Below the pieces are notes generated by a model, which was given only the letters and a program-made list of their open reading frames with translations, did not search any database and was not told where the DNA came from. DNA of 64,000 nucleotides, taken from assembly GCA_945870825.1 (NCBI GenBank), contig CAMBTM010000001.1:97618-161617 (forward strand), in the 5' to 3' direction. A program made the position numbers and the translations under genes. The DNA is from Rhizobium sp. Q54 (GTDB lineage Bacteria > Pseudomonadota > Alphaproteobacteria > UBA7879 > VGCX01). Shown piece after piece: positions 57,467 through 64,000 of the stretch (positions are counted from its first letter, which is position 1; each line of letters begins with the position of its first letter).

Positions 57467-57700
57467 AGGGGGTATTTTAAATAAAAACTAAAGAGGATGC
57501 TATCATTGAATGTATGATTTTTGTGTCATTTTTCCCTATCCATTTAATGAATGAAAAGATCGAGAAATAATTTCACGGCAAGTGTTGCAGAAATGCTGCA
57601 CTAATGCTCTTGCTTTTTCTCATAAGACATTCATATAATCTCTACAGGAATTATGATGACAATCGTAATGTTTATTAATCTCAAATGAGGAGACTTGTTA

Positions 57701-58354
57701 ATGAAGAAAGTATTATTGACGGCTGGCCTTTTGGCCCTTGCAACAGTTGCTGGTGCAAAGAGTTTCGACGGAATTTATGTTGGAGCCAAGGCAAGTTATA
57801 TGCCTAGCTTTATGAATTCTGATGCTAATTATAGTTTTGCTAATAGCACAGCTGGTCAAGACGTAGACCTTAACTACTGGGAAGGTGACCTTCTTTTGGG
57901 ACAATGGTTCCAAACTGGTGACTGGAACTGGGCTGTTGAAGGAAACGTTGGTCGTGGCATCACAGGTTCAGAGAGCACAAAGACCATTACCGGCACAACA
58001 ACCAAGATTAAAACATCCCGTGGTTTCAAAATTGGTGCAGCTGGACGTCTTGGCCAAACTGTTGGCAATGACATCCTTGTATACGGACGTTTAGGATTCC
58101 AAGGAAGCCAATTCCAGAGCAAGCTTAGCTACACTGGCGCAACCACAGGTTCAAAGAGCATGAACTTCTTCTCTTGGGCTATCGCACCAGGTGCTGGTGT
58201 TGAGTGGGCTTTTGCAGATAACATGACTGCACGTTTTGAATATATTTATGAATATAGCCTTAACAAGACGAGCACAAAAGCAGCAAACACAACAGTTAGT
58301 CTTAAGAACCCACAGATCAACATCCTTTCTTTGGGTGTTTCTTACGCTCTTTAA
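57701..58354 (+). CDS. 8-stranded outer-membrane beta-barrel protein (Omp25/RopB-like)
   Basis: Signal peptide, FDGIYVG, GRLG, GAGVEWA, ARFEY, LGVSYAL end; GAGGAG SD. Confidence 0.85.
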   Translation: MKKVLLTAGLLALATVAGAKSFDGIYVGAKASYMPSFMNSDANYSFANSTAGQDVDLNYWEGDLLLGQWFQTGDWNWAVEGNVGRGITGSESTKTITGTTTKIKTSRGFKIGAAGRLGQTVGNDILVYGRLGFQGSQFQSKLSYTGATTGSKSMNFFSWAIAPGAGVEWAFADNMTARFEYIYEYSLNKTSTKAANTTVSLKNPQINILSLGVSYAL

Positions 58355-58376
58355 GGTTGAAATTCAATCTATTCAC

Positions 58377-58402
58377 AAAGGGGCCTTCGGGTCCCTTTTT
58401 TT
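58377..58402 (+). terminator. Intrinsic terminator (possibly bidirectional)
   Basis: AAGGGGCC-TTCG-GGTCCCTT followed by a T-run, between convergent genes. Confidence 0.8.
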
Positions 58403-60323
58403 ATGAAATGTTTTTGTACCAGGCCTGAAACATCAAGACAGCCCACAAGGAATGCTGCCAATCCCCCTTGCCAGAAAGATGTTCTGCCCAGCGCTTACGG
58501 ATAGGCTCTGGATTTAAAAGACCTGATGCATTCAAGGCACTGATGGATAATAAATCCTCTGCCCAATCCCTCAGATCCCCTCGGATCCAATCGCCTACAG
58601 GTACGCCAAACCCCATCTTGGGTCGCTCAATCAATTTTTTAGGCACGTATTGATAAAGTACATCTCGGAGAATTCTTTTGCCCTGACCGTTATGGATTTT
58701 CATCTCTAACGGTAATTGCCAAGCAAATTCCACCACACGGTGATCTAGTAATGGTACCCGTGCCTCAAGACTAACAGCCATACTAGCCCTATCCACTTTC
58801 GTTAGAATGTCATCAGGAAGATAGGTTACACTATCTAAAAACTGCATAGAACTGACGTAAGAATCACCCCCCTCAAGAGATTCCCAAACGGCAGGCAATA
58901 AATCTTGTCCCTCAGCAACTAATGATGCTGGATCATCCCAATAGCTGACAAGGGTCGTATAGTAACCAGCCAAGGTTCTTTCTCCGAGCAATCCTGCATA
59001 CTTTCTGGCCTTGTCACCCAAATGGGTTGGACAAAGTGTTTGAGGCAGTATTGCTTCAAGCGTGTTCCACAATGAAGGGGGCATATGATTAATAACCTTA
59101 CTCAACCCTTTCCTAACCAACAAAGGCAGATTTTCCCGACTTTCCCACAAACGCTCCCCTGTAAAATACCGGGTATATCCTGCAAAAAACTCATCTCCTC
59201 CATCGCCGGATAAAGAAACAGTTACATGGTCGCGGGCAAGTTTTGAAACAAGATAGGTTGGAATTTCTGATGAGTCGGCAAAAGGTTCATCGTACCAATC
59301 AGATAAATAGGGAATAACAGCTTGAGCATCTTTTGCAGTGATGTAAAGCTCATGATGATCAGTGCCTAAATGGCGCGCCACCTCTTTGGCATAATGAGCC
59401 TCATTATATGAATTTTCATGAAACCCGATGGAAAATGTTTTAATCGGTTGGGTGCTTTGCTGTTGCATCAAAGCTGCAACCAATGAACTGTCGACACCGC
59501 CTGATAAAAAAGCTCCAACAGGCACATCCGACAAAAGCCTTTTTTTTACAGCGTCTTTTAGAAGTTTATCCAAATGACCTGTGGCTTCTTTTAGAGACCC
59601 TGAAAACGGATTTTCTTTGCCAGTTTTATAAACCTCCTCCATGGACCAATACTTATATTTTTCAATCTGTCCATTTTGGCCAATCTCTAGGATCGTTCCG
59701 GGCTCTTGCTTTTGAATATCTTCATAAATACTCATAGGTGTTGGGACATAGCCAAAGCGGAAAAAAGAGACCAAGGCATTTTTTGAGATAACACCCTGCC
59801 ACTGAGGGTGGGGATAAAAACTTTTAAGCTGGGATCCAAAAAATAAAACCCCTTTTTGCCATCCATAGTATAAGGGTTTAATGCCTAAACGATCGCGGAT
59901 AAGGTAAAGCTTTTTTTCTTTGTGATCCCAAAGAACAATGGCAAACATGCCGATAAATTTTTGAACCGAAGGCTGAATCCCCCATTCTTCAAAGGCCGCC
60001 AACATGACCTCTGTATCGGAATGGCCCTTGAAGGTATATCCTTTCTCAATCAGTTTTTGTTGAATCTGCGGTGCATTAAAGATCTCCCCATTATAAATGG
60101 TTGTAAACCGTTTGGAAGGCGAATGCATGGGTTGATGCCCGTGGGGTGACAGGTCTTGAATTGCTAAACGACGATGGGCCAAAACAAGGCCTTCTGCAAC
60201 CCAAATTCCTGAAGAATCAGGCCCCCGTGCCTCAATGGCTTTGGCCATTTTTTCACCAAGAGCTTCCGCCTCTTTTTTCTTGTAGATGTTTTGAATATCC
60301 CAAAAGCCTGTAATCCCGCACAT
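58401..60323 (-). CDS. asnB: Asparagine synthase-like glutamine amidotransferase
   Basis: MCGITG, RGPD, HRRLAI, NGEI, LSGGVDSS, SGDGGDE, KVDRASMA. Confidence 0.93.
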   Translation of the reverse strand: MCGITGFWDIQNIYKKKEAEALGEKMAKAIEARGPDSSGIWVAEGLVLAHRRLAIQDLSPHGHQPMHSPSKRFTTIYNGEIFNAPQIQQKLIEKGYTFKGHSDTEVMLAAFEEWGIQPSVQKFIGMFAIVLWDHKEKKLYLIRDRLGIKPLYYGWQKGVLFFGSQLKSFYPHPQWQGVISKNALVSFFRFGYVPTPMSIYEDIQKQEPGTILEIGQNGQIEKYKYWSMEEVYKTGKENPFSGSLKEATGHLDKLLKDAVKKRLLSDVPVGAFLSGGVDSSLVAALMQQQSTQPIKTFSIGFHENSYNEAHYAKEVARHLGTDHHELYITAKDAQAVIPYLSDWYDEPFADSSEIPTYLVSKLARDHVTVSLSGDGGDEFFAGYTRYFTGERLWESRENLPLLVRKGLSKVINHMPPSLWNTLEAILPQTLCPTHLGDKARKYAGLLGERTLAGYYTTLVSYWDDPASLVAEGQDLLPAVWESLEGGDSYVSSMQFLDSVTYLPDDILTKVDRASMAVSLEARVPLLDHRVVEFAWQLPLEMKIHNGQGKRILRDVLYQYVPKKLIERPKMGFGVPVGDWIRGDLRDWAEDLLSISALNASGLLNPEPIRKRWAEHLSGKGDWQHSLWAVLMFQAWYKNIS

Positions 60324-60329
60324 ATCAAA

Positions 60330-61397
60330 TTATCCTTTAAAAAATATCTGAAATTCTTTTTCCCACAAAGGAGCAATATGCTTCATATCATATTGTTCCA
60401 TAGCTTTTGCTGCTTTTTTCCCGAAATTTTCGCGCATTTTTGGATTATCCATCAATGTTTTAATCCCTTGGGACATGGCTTTTACATCATCCACTGGAAC
60501 CAAAATGCCATTTTCCAAGGGCGTGATCAATTCCCGAGGCCCTGTGGGACAATCTGTTGAAACAACCGAAAGACCCAACGCCATAGCTTCTGCAAGAGCG
60601 TTAGGAATTCCTTCAAATCTGGAACTTAAAACAAAAATACTGGCTTTGGCCAATTCGCCCGAGATTGTTTTGGTAGTGCCAGACAAGCAAACCCTGCCCT
60701 CTAATTTTTTTTGCTGAATAAGTAATTCAAGTTTTTTTCTGTCAGGCCCTTCTCCAAAAATCATAAGCTTCCAATCTTGATGAGATTTTTCTAAAAGACT
60801 GAAGGCTTGGATCAATACATCAAAAGCTTTCTGCTCACAAAGACGTCCCACAGCAATGATTGTTTTTGCGCCATAATCAACAGACTTTTTTGCCATAAAA
60901 ACGGGGTTTGGAATCACAGCTGTTTTAAAACTCTGAGAGAACATCATCTTCCCACGCTCTGTTTGTACTACAATCCCTTTTGCCCACCCATAAACCCAAT
61001 TGCGCAAGATTTTTAGAAGGGGATTTTTAACCATATCGGGACTGTTACGCTCCGCGATAACGCAAGGAACACAAGCAAATCTGGTCGCCAAAAGCGTCAA
61101 GATATTATTCCATAAAATAAAAGGGACAACCCCATCAGGCTTCAAGACTTTAATTAACCCATAGAGTTTAAAAACAATCCACCATCTACGATGCTTCTTC
61201 CAAAGACCTGTATGAATCACTTGAATAGACGCATGCACAGGGTAAAAAGGGGGAGTGTCAGGATGATCATGGACGACCAAAATCATATGCCAAAGATTTT
61301 TATCTGCCCAGTAGTTGAGCAGACTGACCAAGACACGCTCTGCGCCTCCTGCCCCAAGGGTTGGAATGGTGAAAAGAAGAGTTGGTTTTTTGGTCAT
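60330..61397 (-). CDS. GT4 glycosyltransferase
   Basis: GGAERV, VGRL..QK, SSRFEG.PNALAEAM. Confidence 0.92.
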   Translation of the reverse strand: MTKKPTLLFTIPTLGAGGAERVLVSLLNYWADKNLWHMILVVHDHPDTPPFYPVHASIQVIHTGLWKKHRRWWIVFKLYGLIKVLKPDGVVPFILWNNILTLLATRFACVPCVIAERNSPDMVKNPLLKILRNWVYGWAKGIVVQTERGKMMFSQSFKTAVIPNPVFMAKKSVDYGAKTIIAVGRLCEQKAFDVLIQAFSLLEKSHQDWKLMIFGEGPDRKKLELLIQQKKLEGRVCLSGTTKTISGELAKASIFVLSSRFEGIPNALAEAMALGLSVVSTDCPTGPRELITPLENGILVPVDDVKAMSQGIKTLMDNPKMRENFGKKAAKAMEQYDMKHIAPLWEKEFQIFFKG

Positions 61398-61466
61398 AAT
61401 CTTACTACCGGTTATTTTCTTAAAAATCTCGTAAAGCTTAGGGGTTGTCGAACAAATCCCACCAGG

Positions 61467-61490
61467 TTGTCATCCCCGCGCAGGGGGAAC
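61467..61490 (+). repeat. Degenerate REP/RPE-like palindromic element
   Basis: TTGTCATCCCCGCGCAGGGGGAAC; a related fragment TTGTCATCCCGC lies at 19564-19575. Confidence 0.4.
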
Positions 61491-61545
61491 GGAAATAACA
61501 AAGTAGGGATAACGATTGCAAAATAAAAATGACAGGTACCATGGC

Positions 61546-62640
61546 TCATGATGCAACCTCATCAAAAGTTTTCTCCCAAAGAGATGCGATATTTTCAATA
61601 GCGTATTTCTTCATTGCCTTGGCGGCTTGTTGCCCCAACTTTTCCCGCAGCTTAATGTCATCCATCAGTGTCTTCATAGATTCAGCAAGGATTACTACAT
61701 CATCCACCGGCACCAAAATGCCATTTTCCAAGGGCGCGATCAATTCCCGGGGGCCTGTGGGACAATCTGTTGAAACAACAGAAAGACCTAGTGCCATAGC
61801 TTCACACAAAGCATTCGGCATGCCTTCAAATCGAGAACTGAGGACAAAAATGCTGCCTTGAGCCATTTCGTGGAAGATATCTTTGGTTATACCCGGCAAC
61901 CCAATGCGATTGGCCAAACCTTTTGCCTCAATCAGTGAATGAAGCTTTGATCTTTCCGGTCCTTCACCCCAAATCACAAGGGTCCAATCTTTGTAATTTT
62001 TCTCAATCAAACTGAAAGATTGAATCAAAAGATCAAACCTTTTTTCTTCAGACAATCGACCTGCCGCAATGATTGTTCGGGCTCCATAGTTCAAAGAAAT
62101 TTTTGGCACAACGATGGGGTTTTGTATGACGGCAATACGTTGTCTTATTCTTTCTGAAAATCCCTGATATATGCGTTCAGTTTGAACAACGATGACATGG
62201 GCCAATGCATAAACGTGATCGCGAAGCCACTTCTTTATAAAAGAAATCGTTGTTGCCTCAGGATTTGAACGCTCTGCAATGCAGACAGGGATTTTAAGAC
62301 CCAAGGAAGCCACAAGGGTTATAACATTGTTCATATCCATAAAAGAAACAATCACCTGGGGCTGTGTTTGTTTGATCAACCATCGCAGTCTAAAGACACG
62401 CTTCAACACATCCAAGGGAAGCAACAAAGTACTCAGGCTGAGAGCATTAAGCTGGACCAACCGGATAGATTGATGCAGATCATAAAAAGGAACTGTTCCC
62501 TCTTTTTCATTGGTTACCAGTGTAAGTTCCCATCCCAAGGATGCCCAATAATTGGCAAGCGTTGTCATGACACGCTCTGCCCCGCCCCCTTGAAGGGTCG
62601 GGATTGTGAGAAGTAATTTTCTTTTTTTAGGTGTCAGCAT
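61546..62640 (-). CDS. GT4 glycosyltransferase (paralogue of 60330-61397)
   Basis: GGAERV, AGRL..EK, SSRFEGMPNALCEAM. Confidence 0.92.
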   Translation of the reverse strand: MLTPKKRKLLLTIPTLQGGGAERVMTTLANYWASLGWELTLVTNEKEGTVPFYDLHQSIRLVQLNALSLSTLLLPLDVLKRVFRLRWLIKQTQPQVIVSFMDMNNVITLVASLGLKIPVCIAERSNPEATTISFIKKWLRDHVYALAHVIVVQTERIYQGFSERIRQRIAVIQNPIVVPKISLNYGARTIIAAGRLSEEKRFDLLIQSFSLIEKNYKDWTLVIWGEGPERSKLHSLIEAKGLANRIGLPGITKDIFHEMAQGSIFVLSSRFEGMPNALCEAMALGLSVVSTDCPTGPRELIAPLENGILVPVDDVVILAESMKTLMDDIKLREKLGQQAAKAMKKYAIENIASLWEKTFDEVAS

Positions 62641-62687
62641 TTACTTTCTTAAATTGTGCAACCGCTTGCTGCACTTTTATGGTTGGA

Positions 62688-62775
62688 TGGCGGAGGGGGT
62701 GGGATTCGAACCCACGGTACGTAAACGCACAACGGTTTTCGAGACCGCCCCATTCGACCGCTCTGGCACCCCTCC
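62688..62775 (-). tRNA. tRNA-Ser(CGA)
   Basis: Minus strand GGAGGGGTG...GCGGT-CTCGAAA-ACCGT, long variable arm, GGTTCGAATCC, CCA end. Confidence 0.95.
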
Positions 62776-62850
62776 GTCTTTACCTCACGAAGACTACCTG
62801 AAGTTCATGGTCGTGACAAGTTTTCTGCTTTGATATAGGATGCGAAAACA

Positions 62851-63894
62851 ATGCAAAATTCTATTCAATTCCAAGAAGATCTATTGAAATGGTATCAAAC
62901 CCATAAACGCACCCTACCCTGGCGTGTGGATAATCCCAATCCTTACGCCACATGGGTGAGTGAAATTATGCTTCAACAGACCACTGTACCAACGGTCATC
63001 CCCTATTTTCAACGATTTTTGGGCCAATGGCCAAGGATCCAAGATCTTGAGAAAGCGTCTTTGGATGATGTTTTGCACCTATGGCAAGGACTTGGATACT
63101 ATTCAAGGGCCCGTAATCTCCATCAATGTGCGAAAAAGATCGTGACTGATTTTGGGGGCGTTTTCCCTTCTGATGAAAAAGCCCTCAAGACCCTTCCAGG
63201 AATTGGGGACTATACAGCAGCAGCCATTCGTTCTATTGCCTTTAACAAGGCGTCGGTTGTGATGGATGGCAACATTGAACGCATCATGGCCCGTCTTTTT
63301 GTGGTAAAAGAACCCTTGCCATCAGCAAAGTCTATTTTGAAAAGTTATGCCCAAAGTCTTTCTTCTCAAATATATCCTGGAGACTACGCCCAAGCCCTGA
63401 TGGATCTGGGGTCTAGCATCTGCACCCCCAACAATCCTTCTTGCTCTATCTGTCCAATCCAAAAATATTGCAAAGCGACAGAGGAAAATCCAGAAGATTA
63501 CCCAAAAAAGCAGATGAAAAAAAAGATCCCTCGAAAACATGCGACCCTTTTTTGGGCAGAGGATTTAAACGGTCGGGTATTAATCGAAAAACGTCCAGCA
63601 AAGGGACTGCTTGGAGGACTCATGGGATTTCCAACATCTCCTTGGGAAGAGGTATCAGATGACGCCTTAAAATTTGCCCCAATTGAGGGCAAGTGGATGC
63701 CCGTCGATGGGACAATCACCCATACTTTTACCCATTTTCATCTGACATTTTCTATTGTGAGAACGGTTGTTGAACATAAGACAGAAGGTGTCTGGGTTAA
63801 AAAAGAAGACCTCGTCCACTATGCCTTCCCAACCCTTATGCAAAAAGTGATTCAGCGTATGGAGGAAGAAAGAAGGGCCGCAATAGGGGCATAA
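62851..63894 (+). CDS. mutY: A/G-specific adenine glycosylase
   Basis: [32 protein letters not shown]-x6-C-x2-C-x5-C cluster, HTFTHF. Confidence 0.96.
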   Translation: MQNSIQFQEDLLKWYQTHKRTLPWRVDNPNPYATWVSEIMLQQTTVPTVIPYFQRFLGQWPRIQDLEKASLDDVLHLWQGLGYYSRARNLHQCAKKIVTDFGGVFPSDEKALKTLPGIGDYTAAAIRSIAFNKASVVMDGNIERIMARLFVVKEPLPSAKSILKSYAQSLSSQIYPGDYAQALMDLGSSICTPNNPSCSICPIQKYCKATEENPEDYPKKQMKKKIPRKHATLFWAEDLNGRVLIEKRPAKGLLGGLMGFPTSPWEEVSDDALKFAPIEGKWMPVDGTITHTFTHFHLTFSIVRTVVEHKTEGVWVKKEDLVHYAFPTLMQKVIQRMEEERRAAIGA

Positions 63895-64000
63895 CTGCGG
63901 CGATGCCAGTGTGTAACACCTTGTATCTCTAAAGCTTCTTGGTGTTGTTTGGTGCCATATCCCGCATTTTTCTCAAATCCATATCCAGGATAATCACAAG
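63852..64000 (-). CDS. rnhB: Ribonuclease HII, C-terminal fragment (5' part outside window)
   Basis: Manual translation [21 protein letters not shown]...HRRSYAPI. Confidence 0.85.
   Translation of the reverse strand, partial: CDYPGYGFEKNAGYGTKQHQEALEIQGVTHWHRRSYAPIAALLSSSIR

Overview
Chromosomal window from an alphaproteobacterium. Gene content, the short Zn-free L36, the alpha-type LexA N-terminus and the signal-peptide LRR protein suggest a Holosporales-like protist endosymbiont, but this placement is inference. The left 17.7 kb carries two divergently transcribed units. One is a TerY-P triad (vWA, PP2C phosphatase, YegI-like kinase; the kinase runs off the left edge and is absent from the ORF track). 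The other is a type VI secretion cluster: tssB, tssC, two very divergent hcp-like genes, tssE/F/G, clpV, vgrG, a MORN-repeat gene, a DUF4280/PAAR-like gene, a SPOR-domain gene and a tssJ-like lipoprotein; no tssA/K/L/M is visible. The rest is mostly housekeeping (ubiH-like, sodB, DEAD-box helicase, PBP1A-type, gyrB-recF-dnaN, hpf, rpmJ, psd-pssA, murJ, secA, rnhA, gltX, cysS, rluB, ygfZ, mutY, rnhB, tRNA-Leu, tRNA-Ser). It also holds a 1.4-kaa membrane-associated LRR protein, a LexA homologue that has lost all autocleavage residues, a Fic gene with twin palindromic operators, a tip-less chemoreceptor-like protein, a secreted pilin-like protein and a small asnB-glycosyltransferase cluster. All assignments come from motif recognition by eye; no searches were run.
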